Assembly (NCBI GenBank): GCA_030610945.1
Contig: JAUWQV010000001.1
Span: 25,901-89,900, forward strand
Direction: 5' to 3'
Source: Methanocellales archaeon
GTDB taxonomy: Archaea; Halobacteriota; UBA148; JAUWXC01
DNA length: 64,000 bases
Part shown: positions 49,572-58,925 of the stretch, piece after piece
Numbering within the stretch: the stretch's first letter is position 1
How the letters are laid out: every line of letters begins with the position of its first letter
Notes under the pieces: model-generated
The model's database searches: none
What the model was told of the DNA's origin: nothing
Seen by the model: only the letters and a program-made list of their open reading frames with translations
Made by a program: the position numbers and the translations under genes

Positions 49572-49970
49572 GCCGCACGATTTGGCGTGTTCTTCGAGTT
49601 TGCGCTTATTACTACTGTAAAACAGATGGCCCTCACAATCACAGTCACTTGAGCCAAAGCCTTTTATGGAGTTGAAATGGGCAGCCAGATTTTTTGCGAT
49701 ATCGCACTCCTTTCTCTCGCTGCCCTCAACGTAAAAGATTTTCTTGACCATTGCGTGTGCAAGCAGATAATCGATGTGCCAGTAAAGCTTTTTCTCTGTT
49801 CTCAGGTGCCGCGCTATCCTCGCCTCCAATCCGTTCAGGGCAGAGCCGACATATGCATAAAAGCCGGCGTGAAATTTTATTTTTCCCAGCCTACCAACTT
49901 GAATGTCCATGCTCTTGGGAAGTTCTATGAGTAAGACGTATGTACCCTTTTTATAATTCGCCACATCCAA
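49551..49970 (-). CDS. DUF123/COG1833 GIY-YIG-like (Uri superfamily) endonuclease
   Basis: YVLLIEL...FHAGFYAYVGSA core is typical of DUF123. C-terminal Cys cluster (CDCEGH). Confidence 0.6.
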   Translation of the reverse strand: MDVANYKKGTYVLLIELPKSMDIQVGRLGKIKFHAGFYAYVGSALNGLEARIARHLRTEKKLYWHIDYLLAHAMVKKIFYVEGSERKECDIAKNLAAHFNSIKGFGSSDCDCEGHLFYSSNKRKLEEHAKSCGLQSLSW

Positions 49971-50110
49971 TACACTCCATCCTCAATTAACACATGCTCT
50001 TTCCAAGCATACTATGACGTCGTTTCACGACTTTGTCAGTTGTTCAGCATCTTCTCCCCATTAAACTATATATCGCTCGCGAGTGATACAACTTATAGGG
50101 AAGGGGACTA

Positions 50111-50836
50111 ATGAAAGATCTCTTATTGATACTGCTCTTAATTTTCGTTGGACAGACTCTTGGATCATTAATAGGTCTCATCAAAAAACCAAGTAAAGTT
50201 GCCTTATATGGCTCTATATCATTTGCAGCGAGCATGATGATTGCCATATCTTTTGTTCAATTAATACCCGAAGGCTTAAAATACACGCCTCCATTTTTGA
50301 TAGCAATCTCGTTTTTCGCTGGTATGACAATAATGTGGATAGCCGATCGTTTACTGCCCCACATCAATCCGGAGCTAATCAAAAAAGAAAAGCCCTCCGT
50401 TAAACGAAGTGTTACCATGTTGGTCATCGGCATTGCCTTGCACAATATCCCAGAAGGTTTGGCAATAGGAGTTGGTTTTACAATAACTGCGAAATTGGGA
50501 ATCGCTATTGCGTTAGCCATTGCAATACAGGATCTCCCGGAAAACATTGCGACAATTGTTCCATTATATAATTTGACTAAAAAAAAGATGAAGTCGTTTA
50601 TCATCCTTACCACCACGGTACTGTTCGAGGTGGTTGGATTTATCCTAGGATATTTAGCTTTGAAAGGGGCGTCGTTGTGCTGGCTGGGGGCTTCACTGGC
50701 GCTTGCGGCAGGATTCATGGTTTACATTTCAGTCGAAGAATTGATACCTTCAGCACAGGTAAAGAGATATCCTAAAACGGCGGCGACAGCCATGATTTTA
50801 GGTGTGGTGTGTGTTTTATTAACCAGTATCATATAA
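50111..50836 (+). CDS. ZIP-family zinc/iron permease (ZupT-like)
   Basis: HNIPEGLAIG signature. 8 TM, 241 aa. Confidence 0.8.
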   Translation: MKDLLLILLLIFVGQTLGSLIGLIKKPSKVALYGSISFAASMMIAISFVQLIPEGLKYTPPFLIAISFFAGMTIMWIADRLLPHINPELIKKEKPSVKRSVTMLVIGIALHNIPEGLAIGVGFTITAKLGIAIALAIAIQDLPENIATIVPLYNLTKKKMKSFIILTTTVLFEVVGFILGYLALKGASLCWLGASLALAAGFMVYISVEELIPSAQVKRYPKTAATAMILGVVCVLLTSII

Positions 50837-50861
50837 CCAAAATTGAGAGATACTCACTATG

Positions 50862-51296
50862 TCACACCTTGCCCTCGAGCCAGCCAATTTTAACGCCAAT
50901 TTTCCGATCAAACTCCGGAACATGTGGCTTGATATCCAAGAGCGGTGTGCCGTCAAGCATGTCAACACCTCTTACCCGCAGGATGTTCCCATTACATTCC
51001 AACAGCTCCACGATGGTGAGTCCTATCGGGTTTGGTCTGCTAGGGGACCTTGTAGCAAAAAGGCCACGTAAATTTTCATCCAAAAAAGGCCTCACGAGAA
51101 GTGAATATCCCTTGGATTTATTGAACAGATATAAGATTATAAGGTGAGAAAAACCTTCGATATCTTTCAACCCTTTCTCGTACTCTTTGAAAACCTCGAT
51201 CTCACCAATTTCCTCTGATTTATATGCTTGATAAGGCGCCTCTCCATCGCTCTTGTAGGGTGTGTGTATTATTCCTATTGATTTTAATTCCTTCAT
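50862..51296 (-). CDS. TrmO/TsaA (YaeB)-like tRNA methyltransferase domain protein
   Basis: The N-terminus IGIIHTPY... and the ~145 aa size match the TsaA N-terminal beta-barrel domain. Confidence 0.6.
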   Translation of the reverse strand: MKELKSIGIIHTPYKSDGEAPYQAYKSEEIGEIEVFKEYEKGLKDIEGFSHLIILYLFNKSKGYSLLVRPFLDENLRGLFATRSPSRPNPIGLTIVELLECNGNILRVRGVDMLDGTPLLDIKPHVPEFDRKIGVKIGWLEGKV

Positions 51297-51419
51297 CTCA
51301 TCCTCCTATCGCCGACATATCTACCCAATGAAAAATAATTCATGTAAAGGTTTTTATCCATTGATAGAGCAACAACCTCACTTTAATTGAATTGATGGAT
51401 GTTAGATCAACTTTTCAGT

Positions 51420-52001
51420 TCACTTTTCCATTCCAAACTTCCTTCGGTAATACTTTGAGTAGATTGCCCCTGCAGGATTATGCGCCAGCACCCTGTCTTT
51501 CACGATAAACGTCGTCACTGGCGCCTCTGAATGTTTTGAAAACAGAATATCATGTCCAAGACACAAGCCGCAGATTATATTCAAATCCGTATCCTTCTCG
51601 TTCAACGCCATCGCCTGCCCTATTGGATTGCACATCGCCTCGTATCTATCATCTTTTATCTTCTCCAGGCCGAAATCCTCCTTGTCGATCCCGCAGATTT
51701 TGCAGCAAACAGAGTAAACCTCAAAGTCCCTTTCCAAGATTTCATGCAATACTCTGGCTTCTGACTCCAATCCAATACAGAATGCGATCCCAAGCGTTTT
51801 GTAGCCCATGTCCTTACAAAACGCCATCAATTCCTCCAGCCGCGTGAGTTCCATGTAGTGTCTTGCCTCAAGATTTGCCGCAGTAGCCATTATCTTTAGG
51901 TTCTCATCTTCGGCTTTGTAAGTACCCACAACTTTTTCTTTGATGGTAGTGCAATTCTTCCCTTGATAGCATTTCTTTTCATCACATAGAGCGCATTTCA
52001 T
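51420..52001 (-). CDS. DUF1847-like Cys-rich metal-binding protein
   Basis: 193 aa with multiple Cys pairs (CALCDEKKC, CCKIC, CGLCLGH). Confidence 0.45.
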   Translation of the reverse strand: MKCALCDEKKCYQGKNCTTIKEKVVGTYKAEDENLKIMATAANLEARHYMELTRLEELMAFCKDMGYKTLGIAFCIGLESEARVLHEILERDFEVYSVCCKICGIDKEDFGLEKIKDDRYEAMCNPIGQAMALNEKDTDLNIICGLCLGHDILFSKHSEAPVTTFIVKDRVLAHNPAGAIYSKYYRRKFGMEK

Positions 52002-52998
52002 CTTTACTCACCACAAAATACGTTTGGTTTTTATGCATCTTTTTCACAACCCGCCTGTCATCTACCAACACCCCTAGATATTTTACAACCTCATTTCGAT
52101 GAATCCCCAACACATTCGAGATGTCCTCTACCGTGCATGGCCTTCGTTCTAAAAGCGTTAATATACTCTTCTCTACACCTTTTTCATACGCCTTCATCGC
52201 TTTTCTGGCATGCGGCGTGATTATCTCCGCTTTTTTGCCAAACATCTTACATATCTTTCGCATCTGATTGGCATCAACGGGCATGGCAAAAGATTCGCAT
52301 GGCGGACGTACAACCGTGTTCAACTGAATTTTGTCAGGATTTATTTCATTAATGATGCCTGCCATTTGTTCTATCTCGCCCACACCATCATTTACCCCTT
52401 TTACCAGCATGACCTCCAGCCAAATCTCGTTGTCAAACTCTTTTCTGAACTTTTTTAATCCGTCAATAATATTTTCTATCCTCAAGCCATTATGCGGCCT
52501 GTTCACCCTCACAAAGACATCCTGCGTCACAGCATCCAGAGAAGGGAGAACTAAATCAGCACGCCTTAATTCATCCCGCACCCGTTTCTTGAAGAGCAAT
52601 GAGCCATTCGTTAAAACCGCGACCGGGATATCGGTCATTCGCTTAACCTCCTGGACCATTTCGCCAATTTTTGAGTTCAAGGTCGGCTCACCAGAGCCAG
52701 AAAATGTGATGTAATCTACTTTGTCATGATCTTCGGTGAGATAACTTTTTAGCTCACTTATAATCACCTGCTTGGAAACATATTCTCTTCTCTGTATCGT
52801 CTTATTCGTCGTTTGTCCCAACTGACAGTACACGCAGTCAAAAGAGCACGTCTTGTATGGAACGATATCCAGCCCTAAGGAAAAGCCCAATCGTCGGGAC
52901 GGCACCGGTCCAAAGACATGGTGTTGATTCATGATCTCAAACCTCCTTGCTCCATCCTGCTCCGTTCGTCTCGAAAGCATCTGGGAATCGCCGCGCAA
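51982..52998 (-). CDS. Radical SAM protein (CxxxCxYC), unknown function, C-terminal wHTH-like tail
   Basis: FGPVPSRRLGFSLGLDIVPYKTCSFDCVYCQLG. 338 aa. First listed Met may be upstream of the true start. Confidence 0.65.
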   Translation of the reverse strand: MRGDSQMLSRRTEQDGARRFEIMNQHHVFGPVPSRRLGFSLGLDIVPYKTCSFDCVYCQLGQTTNKTIQRREYVSKQVIISELKSYLTEDHDKVDYITFSGSGEPTLNSKIGEMVQEVKRMTDIPVAVLTNGSLLFKKRVRDELRRADLVLPSLDAVTQDVFVRVNRPHNGLRIENIIDGLKKFRKEFDNEIWLEVMLVKGVNDGVGEIEQMAGIINEINPDKIQLNTVVRPPCESFAMPVDANQMRKICKMFGKKAEIITPHARKAMKAYEKGVEKSILTLLERRPCTVEDISNVLGIHRNEVVKYLGVLVDDRRVVKKMHKNQTYFVVSKDEMRSM

Positions 52999-53590
52999 TT
53001 TCTGATTTATGTATGGTACAATGACATGGGACCAAGAGAGGTATGTCCTTCAGTAAATCATAATCATCAAATCCATGAAACCCTCCAATCACGCCATACA
53101 CAGGTCCAAGCGATGATGCGTTATTCAAAATTATGGATAGCCCAGGATGGGCGCAGCCTGTTATTACAATTATGCCTTTTTTCGTCTCGAGAAGGAGAGA
53201 TTGCTCTTGTATACCCGTCCCAAGCACGCCCGTCGTATAAGCACGGTCGCATATTTTTGCGGGTCCATCAACCTCAACCAACCTGGCCCTTGATGTAATT
53301 TCATCTTTCAAGCGCTTTGAGAATGACGATGGCACGTATACATCAACATCTGGATTCACATCCAGCAACCGCGCCAGTCCGCCAATGTGGTCCCAATGGT
53401 CGTGCGACAACACGACGATGTCGATGTCCCTGGGATTGATGCCCAGCGCCTTCAAATTGAACAGCAATATTGTACCATCCCAGCCCGTGTCAAACAAAAC
53501 TTTTTTCTCATTCTCAACGAGGCAAGAAAACCCCCAGCCAGATTTCAAGTTTAGGGGCGCTTCATTATCGTAAATTACTGCAATCCTCAT
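52937..53590 (-). CDS. MBL-fold metallo-hydrolase
   Basis: HDHWDHIGG motif. 217 aa. Confidence 0.75.
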   Translation of the reverse strand: MRIAVIYDNEAPLNLKSGWGFSCLVENEKKVLFDTGWDGTILLFNLKALGINPRDIDIVVLSHDHWDHIGGLARLLDVNPDVDVYVPSSFSKRLKDEITSRARLVEVDGPAKICDRAYTTGVLGTGIQEQSLLLETKKGIIVITGCAHPGLSIILNNASSLGPVYGVIGGFHGFDDYDLLKDIPLLVPCHCTIHKSEIARRFPDAFETNGAGWSKEV

Positions 53591-54442
53591 TTAAACACCA
53601 ATACAGAACAGTATCAATCCCACAACCAAGCCAAATGCGACGTTGAAGGCTTTAACATAAAACGTGTCCTTAATAGAGTAAGAAAGCAGGGGCAGCAAGC
53701 CGTGACCATCCTGAACTATAGAACTGACAAGCAGGACGGAAAAAGGAGCGAGCCCATGGAAGTACAACAAAAGGAATATTAAGTGTGGTCCTGACTCGGG
53801 GATGATTCCGACCAGGGCAGCCAAAATAATCAATAATAGTGTATTTTGCGGCATAATCGTCGCTAAGTCAAATTTGAACAGGATAAGCTGGAGTGCAAGC
53901 ATGGTGAAAAACAGCCATAGGAACAGTCGTGGCAGATGTCTTTTAATGATATGATTGTAGACATGCTCTTTAAGAAAATGTTTAATGCTCAGCTCTTCTT
54001 CTTCATGAATCTCGATCTCACAGGGCTGGCAGGTCTTCAATTTGACCTTTCTGGCGACCCAATCAGCCAAGTAACCGGCAATTATTCCCAGTACCAAGCA
54101 GATGGCAAATATCAATAAAGCTGTTCTCGGCATCATGGCCAGCATCACAAATGCCCCATCTCCAGCAGTAGCGATCATCACCGCTACTAGGGCACCGAAA
54201 CCAACCAGGCCATGAACGTACAGGGAAACTATGAAGAAGGCGTCAACACAACCGGGCACCACTCCAAGGAAGGAGGAGATCACATACTGGTTTGAGGGTT
54301 TTCTAGTAATCTTTTCTCGGATCTTATCTTTAAACCTTAACTCCAAGTACTCGGTCAATATCATCAACGCTAAAACTATCAAAAGTATCTTTAGGGTCCC
54401 GAGAAGGATTTCTGAAATGAGCGTTTGAAGCATGTGTTTCAC
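53591..54442 (-). CDS. Polytopic membrane protein, putative permease (unassigned family)
   Basis: 283 aa and about 8 TM, with two-repeat architecture and conserved GDG and PESGPH motifs. Confidence 0.4.
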   Translation of the reverse strand: MKHMLQTLISEILLGTLKILLIVLALMILTEYLELRFKDKIREKITRKPSNQYVISSFLGVVPGCVDAFFIVSLYVHGLVGFGALVAVMIATAGDGAFVMLAMMPRTALLIFAICLVLGIIAGYLADWVARKVKLKTCQPCEIEIHEEEELSIKHFLKEHVYNHIIKRHLPRLFLWLFFTMLALQLILFKFDLATIMPQNTLLLIILAALVGIIPESGPHLIFLLLYFHGLAPFSVLLVSSIVQDGHGLLPLLSYSIKDTFYVKAFNVAFGLVVGLILFCIGV

Positions 54443-55296
54443 TCCAAAGCACGTGTTATATTATTCCACATTTCCCCTATCTTTCTTGAAACTTCCCCAT
54501 CGGAGAATTCAACTACGGGCTTCCCGGCGACCATGGCCTCCGTGACAATTGGATCGTATGGAATTTTACTTATCACATTCACGCCACTTTTTCGACAGGA
54601 CTCGACTATCTGATTGGTATTTTCCTCGTTGATATCATATTTATTAATACAGACTAAAGAGGCTATGCCAAAATGGCGAGTTAGTCCTAAAATCCTTTCC
54701 AGATCATGCAAACCCGACATCGTTGGTTCGGTGACGATTAGCGCCATATCAACTCCAGCAAGGGACGCTATCACAGGACAGCCTATGCCAGGCGGACCGT
54801 CTATCAAGATTAGCTCTCTTCCCTGCTCCTCGGCCATTTTTCGTGCCTTATTTCTGACAAGAGCGACCAATTTTCCAGATGCTTCTTCAGCGATGCTCAA
54901 TCTGGCGTGGACCATTGGACCGTACTTGGTTTCAGAAATAAATGCATATCCAGAAATCTTTTCCCTGAGCATTATGGCGTTCTCAGGGCAGACGTATGCG
55001 CATACGCCGCAGCCCTCGCATAAAATGGGGTCTATCGTGTGACCGCGTATTGCGCCGAACTTACACGCCTTCTCACATCTCCCGCAATCTATGCACTTTT
55101 CTTCATCTACCACTGCTTCCTTCGAGCCCTTAAACTCCTCTTTTTCCTTCAGACGTGCCTCGAAAAGCAGATGGAGATTCGGTGCATCCACATCACAGTC
55201 TGCTATAACATGGTTGTGCGCCAACACAGTAAAGGATGCAACGATGATCGTTTTTCCGGTTCCGCCTTTTCCGCTTATGACGACCAGCTGCTTCAC
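54439..55296 (-). CDS. MinD/CooC-like P-loop ATPase with inserted 2x[4Fe-4S] ferredoxin domain (COG1149)
   Basis: Deviant Walker A GKGGTGKT plus CIDCGRCEKAC...CEGCGVCAYVCP. Confidence 0.8.
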   Translation of the reverse strand: MKQLVVISGKGGTGKTIIVASFTVLAHNHVIADCDVDAPNLHLLFEARLKEKEEFKGSKEAVVDEEKCIDCGRCEKACKFGAIRGHTIDPILCEGCGVCAYVCPENAIMLREKISGYAFISETKYGPMVHARLSIAEEASGKLVALVRNKARKMAEEQGRELILIDGPPGIGCPVIASLAGVDMALIVTEPTMSGLHDLERILGLTRHFGIASLVCINKYDINEENTNQIVESCRKSGVNVISKIPYDPIVTEAMVAGKPVVEFSDGEVSRKIGEMWNNITRALE

Positions 55297-56132
55297 TGAC
55301 TGTTCACCACACTTTTTATGTGCTCAAAAACACCTGAGAATTTTTCTTTCCATTCTGGCATCTTCAAGACAAACGGTACGCCGCGTGAGTATAGCTCTGC
55401 AATCTTTCTATCCATGGGAATTGTGAGCAAGATTGAAATGCCCTCTTCGCTGCAGTACTCCTGGACTTTGTGGTCTCCGATTCCCTCGCGGTTTATTATA
55501 ACTCCAAACGGGATTTCCATTTTCCTCAGCACTTCTACAGCCAATTTAAGGTCATGCAAACCAAAGGGCGTTGGCTCGGTTACAAGTATGCAGTAATCGC
55601 TTCCATGCACAGCCGCTATCACGGGGCAAGATGTCCCAGGTGAAGCATCGATGATTACAGTTTTATCGTTATCGATCTCATTCTTTACCCCCCTTACCAC
55701 CGGAATTGCCATGAGTTCGCCTATGTTGAGCTCACCATACACGAATTCGATGTCCCCTGCCTCCCCCTTTTTGACCACACCAACTTCTCTATCTTCTTCA
55801 GCAATTGCATTTTTGGGGCAAACGATCGAGCAGCCACCACATCCGTGACAGAGTTCCGGGAACACCATGATCTTGTTCTTGAGCACAGCAAGTGCGTTAA
55901 ACTCACAGAATTCAGCACATTTTCCGCAGTAGTCACACCTGGTTTCGTCGACCGTTGGTACTGCTATGTAGACTAACATCTGCTTTTGGATCTCTGGCTG
56001 CAAGAAGATATGTGCGTTCGGCTCTTCGACATCGCAGTCCAAGAGTTGAACATTTGTGAGAGACAGTGCCATGTTTGTGGCTATGGTGGTTTTTCCCGTG
56101 CCGCCCTTGCCACTTGCTATGGAGATTATCAT
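55293..56132 (-). CDS. MinD/CooC-like P-loop ATPase with inserted ferredoxin domain (COG1149), paralogue
   Basis: GKGGTGKTT plus CDYCGKCAEFC...CHGCGGCSIVCP. Confidence 0.8.
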   Translation of the reverse strand: MIISIASGKGGTGKTTIATNMALSLTNVQLLDCDVEEPNAHIFLQPEIQKQMLVYIAVPTVDETRCDYCGKCAEFCEFNALAVLKNKIMVFPELCHGCGGCSIVCPKNAIAEEDREVGVVKKGEAGDIEFVYGELNIGELMAIPVVRGVKNEIDNDKTVIIDASPGTSCPVIAAVHGSDYCILVTEPTPFGLHDLKLAVEVLRKMEIPFGVIINREGIGDHKVQEYCSEEGISILLTIPMDRKIAELYSRGVPFVLKMPEWKEKFSGVFEHIKSVVNSQ

Positions 56133-56141
56133 TAGTAGCCC

Positions 56142-56513
56142 TTATCTCACTAATTCTGTGTTGTGTTCTTTACAGGCATTTTCGTCAGTAGCCACTTGAA
56201 GCTTTCCAGACTTCCAAGCATTGATCGCATCCTTCACAGTTCCATTAGCGCCTACAAAGACCTCGATGCCAAATTGCTCGAACATCTGGATTGCCCTCGG
56301 ACCTAAACCAGAACAGAGCATCACATGCACGCCTTTTCTTGCTATCAGTTCAGGTGGAAGCCCTGTGCCACCCATATGCTCGCTCGTATTTGGAAAAACC
56401 TCTACCTCGTTGGTCTCCGTATCCACCAGCGTATAATATAGGCATCTTCCGAAGTGTGGAGATACCACATCGTCCATACCACTTTGCCCTATTGTTGGTA
56501 CACATACCTTCAT
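56142..56513 (-). CDS. NifX/NifB-C-like dinitrogenase FeMo-cofactor-binding-domain protein (COG1433)
   Basis: MKVCVPT...SPHFGRC...GVHVMLCSGLGPRA is a hallmark of the PF02579 fold. I prefer the internal ATG start, so that it clears the upstream Zn-ribbon gene. Confidence 0.7.
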   Translation of the reverse strand: MKVCVPTIGQSGMDDVVSPHFGRCLYYTLVDTETNEVEVFPNTSEHMGGTGLPPELIARKGVHVMLCSGLGPRAIQMFEQFGIEVFVGANGTVKDAINAWKSGKLQVATDENACKEHNTELVR

Positions 56514-56530
56514 ACTATCACCTATCGATC

Positions 56531-56686
56531 TCATTTTTCCCTGACCATTTTGCTTCCACATTTCGGGCAAGTTTGATCAAAGCATGGCGTCCCTGCAATA
56601 TGCGGGGTTTTATGTCCACAATTTGGACATACACAGTTACCACCAGGGCCTAAACCAGAACCGCCCATTCTCTTTTGTCCAGCCAT
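56531..56686 (-). CDS. Zn-ribbon mini-protein with Gly/Pro-rich N-terminus
   Basis: Below the ORF cutoff. Manual translation: MAGQKRMGGSGLGPGGNCVCPNCGHKTPHIAGTPCFDQTCPKCGSKMVREK. The N-terminus resembles the DUF5320 N-terminal motif. Confidence 0.5.
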   Translation of the reverse strand: MAGQKRMGGSGLGPGGNCVCPNCGHKTPHIAGTPCFDQTCPKCGSKMVREK

Positions 56687-56705
56687 TATATCTACCTCAT
56701 GCCAA

Positions 56706-57284
56706 CTATTTTCTAAGTTCTGCCAGTCTCTTCTTGAGTTGATCCAATTGCTGTTCTAATGTCTTTACCTGAGTTTCCAGCATCTGCAGTTCTTGCTCTT
56801 TAGGCACCTGAGACGTTGGCATTGGTGGCATTATTGGAGCGGTTGTAGGCGCCTGCTGCATGAGCCCCATGCTCATCCCCCGGCCACCTCCACGTCTCCT
56901 GCCCCCGCCCATTCCCATGCCGCCAAACATTGGCGCTGTTGCCGTGGTAATCGGAGAGAGTTCGCCTTCCAAGTATTTTGTCACTGCATCTCTCACGCTA
57001 ATCCCCTGTACGGATATCATCTCAATGCCAACTTGATTCAAAACCATGGATGCGTTGGGACCATAATTGCCGGCTATCACCGCCTTTGCGCCTTGACTGA
57101 CGATTGACTGGGCTGCCTGGATTCCAGCGCCGCCCGTTGCACCTGCATATTGATTTTGAATTACCGAGCTATTCTTGATTTTCTTTCCTTCAACATCTAC
57201 GACCGTAAACGTCGGGCATCTTCCAAACACCGGGGATACTGTATCGTCCAAACCCCCTGCGGTTGTTGCAACTACTATTTTCAT
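56706..57284 (-). CDS. NifX-like domain fused to a Gly/Met/Arg-rich linker and DUF5320-like C-terminal coiled coil
   Basis: N-terminus MKIVVATTAGGLDDTVSPVFGRCP (NifX fold). C-terminus ...LETQVKTLEQQLDQLKKRLAELRK, as in DUF5320. Confidence 0.65.
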   Translation of the reverse strand: MKIVVATTAGGLDDTVSPVFGRCPTFTVVDVEGKKIKNSSVIQNQYAGATGGAGIQAAQSIVSQGAKAVIAGNYGPNASMVLNQVGIEMISVQGISVRDAVTKYLEGELSPITTATAPMFGGMGMGGGRRRGGGRGMSMGLMQQAPTTAPIMPPMPTSQVPKEQELQMLETQVKTLEQQLDQLKKRLAELRK

Positions 57285-57453
57285 TTTTTCACCTCATTTT
57301 TTGAAGCTCTTTGAGCCGTTTCTTAATTTCTTCTAATTATTGTTCTATTATTTTTGCCTGACTTTCCAATATCTGAATTCTCGTCCTTTTGATATTTGTA
57401 CCAGCGGCATGCCAGTTGGTACTGATATCCCTGCTGCTTGGGGCGTGACCTGA

Positions 57454-57470
57454 CTCATATAAAATATGAG
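57454..57470. promoter_or_regulatory. Inverted repeat CTCATAT-aaa-ATATGAG in a 240-nt intergenic gap inside the cluster
   Basis: Exact 7-bp arms, seen in sequence. AT-rich and TATA-like. About 170 nt upstream of the NifX-DUF5320 gene. Confidence 0.35.
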
Positions 57471-57525
57471 CTACCCTGTATTTAACCTCTGTAGACTGTT
57501 TGTGACTTTGTAAAGGAAATCTCTT

Positions 57526-57888
57526 TTATTTCTTGGAAAGTCCTTCCAGCCTTCCTTTTATAGCTTTGAGTTCTTCTTCCATAGATTTGACCATTTCTTC
57601 AAGATATGTTTTTTCCTCTTCTTTTGTTGGTTCTGGGTACACATAGGGTTGTGTGAGTTCCGGTGTAGGTCCATAATATCTGTGATAGGGTCCTGGATAC
57701 GAGCAATATCCTCGTCTCCAGAATCCTCGACCGAAACCTCTACCTCTAGCGAATCCTCTTCCGAATCCTCGAACAGATGCGTTCGTATATCCCGGCACTG
57801 AATAGCCTATGCAGTATCCTGCTCGCCTACCTGTCATGGGCCCCATGCCCATTGGTCCTGTTCCATCTCCACCTGGCATTCTTTTCAC
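57526..57888 (-). CDS. DUF5320 protein with RGF/RG repeat region
   Basis: MKRMPGGDGTGPMGMGPMTGRRAGYC N-terminal motif, RGFGRGFARGRGFGRGFWRRGY repeat, and C-terminal coiled coil. Confidence 0.65.
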   Translation of the reverse strand: MKRMPGGDGTGPMGMGPMTGRRAGYCIGYSVPGYTNASVRGFGRGFARGRGFGRGFWRRGYCSYPGPYHRYYGPTPELTQPYVYPEPTKEEEKTYLEEMVKSMEEELKAIKGRLEGLSKK

Positions 57889-57891
57889 CTC

Positions 57892-58065
57892 CTATTTTAA
57901 TGAAATCGCAATATTAGGGCAGACATCAACACATGCACCACACTCTGTGCATAGCGCTTCATCAACTGAAGCAATGTCACCGTTCAGTGATATTGCGCCC
58001 CCTGGGCACTCATCAACGCATACCCCACATCCTAAACACTGGTCCACATCAACTTTTGCTGGCAC
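57892..58065 (-). CDS. 2x[4Fe-4S] ferredoxin (probable GTG start)
   Basis: Below the ORF cutoff. Manual translation: (V/M)[28 protein letters not shown]...[19 protein letters not shown]. Coordinates +/-2. Confidence 0.55.
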   Translation of the reverse strand: MPAKVDVDQCLGCGVCVDECPGGAISLNGDIASVDEALCTECGACVDVCPNIAISLK

Positions 58066-58074
58066 ATTATCACC

Positions 58075-58920
58075 TCACTCTTTTAGCGACGCCTCTATTT
58101 TATCTACGATTCCCATAAACGACTTTGCAGTATGTGAATTGGGCTCTAACATAAGCGGCTCTCCCGCGTCTCCCATCTCACAGACCTTGTAGTCAATTGG
58201 GATGCTCCCAAGGAATGGTACACTTAACTCCTTCGCAGACTCCCCGCCGCCGCCTGTCTTGAATATATCAACAGTATTGCCACAATGAGGACAAACGAAA
58301 CCGCTCATATTTTCTACAATTCCAATCACCGGGATATGAAGCTGCTTCGCGAAGTTAACGGCCCTCCTTGAATCCAATAGCGCAACCTCTTGTGGCGTCG
58401 TTACGATGACTGCATTGCTGTTTGGAATTAATTGTGCAATGCTAAGCGGCTCATCACCTGTCCCAGGTGGCAAATCCACTATCAGATAATCTAGTATGCC
58501 CCATCTTACCTCTTTTGTAAATTGTTCTATAGCCTTCATCCTAAGAGGGGCACGCCATATAATGGGTGAATCTTTTTCCATCAAAAACGCCATAGAAACC
58601 ACCTTGATAGGAGATGCTCCGTCAATTGATGCGAGAACTGGTTCGATGTAGGTGCCATTGCTATACAAGCTACCAGCATCAAGCCCCAGCATTTTTGGAA
58701 CATTTGGCCCAGTTATATCTGCATCAAATAATCCAACATTGTACCCCCTCATTGCGAGACCAAACACCAAGTTAACCGCTACTGTTGTCTTTCCAACGCC
58801 GCCCTTGCCGCTCATCACCATAATGCTATGTTTTATGTCCCATGTGTGTGAGTCTTCGTCTTGGTTGCCCACTAGTTCTTCCGATTTGTGTAATTTAGGT
58901 TTTTCCTCTAACATATCCAC
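58075..58920 (-). CDS. Mrp/NBP35/ApbC-family Fe-S cluster carrier ATPase
   Basis: GKGGVGKTT deviant Walker A, and a CxxC near the centre (CPHC). Confidence 0.8.
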   Translation of the reverse strand: MDMLEEKPKLHKSEELVGNQDEDSHTWDIKHSIMVMSGKGGVGKTTVAVNLVFGLAMRGYNVGLFDADITGPNVPKMLGLDAGSLYSNGTYIEPVLASIDGASPIKVVSMAFLMEKDSPIIWRAPLRMKAIEQFTKEVRWGILDYLIVDLPPGTGDEPLSIAQLIPNSNAVIVTTPQEVALLDSRRAVNFAKQLHIPVIGIVENMSGFVCPHCGNTVDIFKTGGGGESAKELSVPFLGSIPIDYKVCEMGDAGEPLMLEPNSHTAKSFMGIVDKIEASLKE

Positions 58921-58925
58921 ATCTC

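Noticed and set aside
56514-56570. The TTG-initiated N-terminal extension of the NifX-like ORF (MPEMWKQNGQGK...)
   Set aside because: It overlaps the better-supported Zn-ribbon gene in another frame. The internal ATG (MKVCVPT) gives a canonical NifX-fold start.
57285-57360. A 15-aa frame encoding LEEIKKRLKELQKMR as an independent gene
   Set aside because: It is too short, has no start context, and is preceded by a stop two codons upstream. It is mentioned only as a possible remnant.
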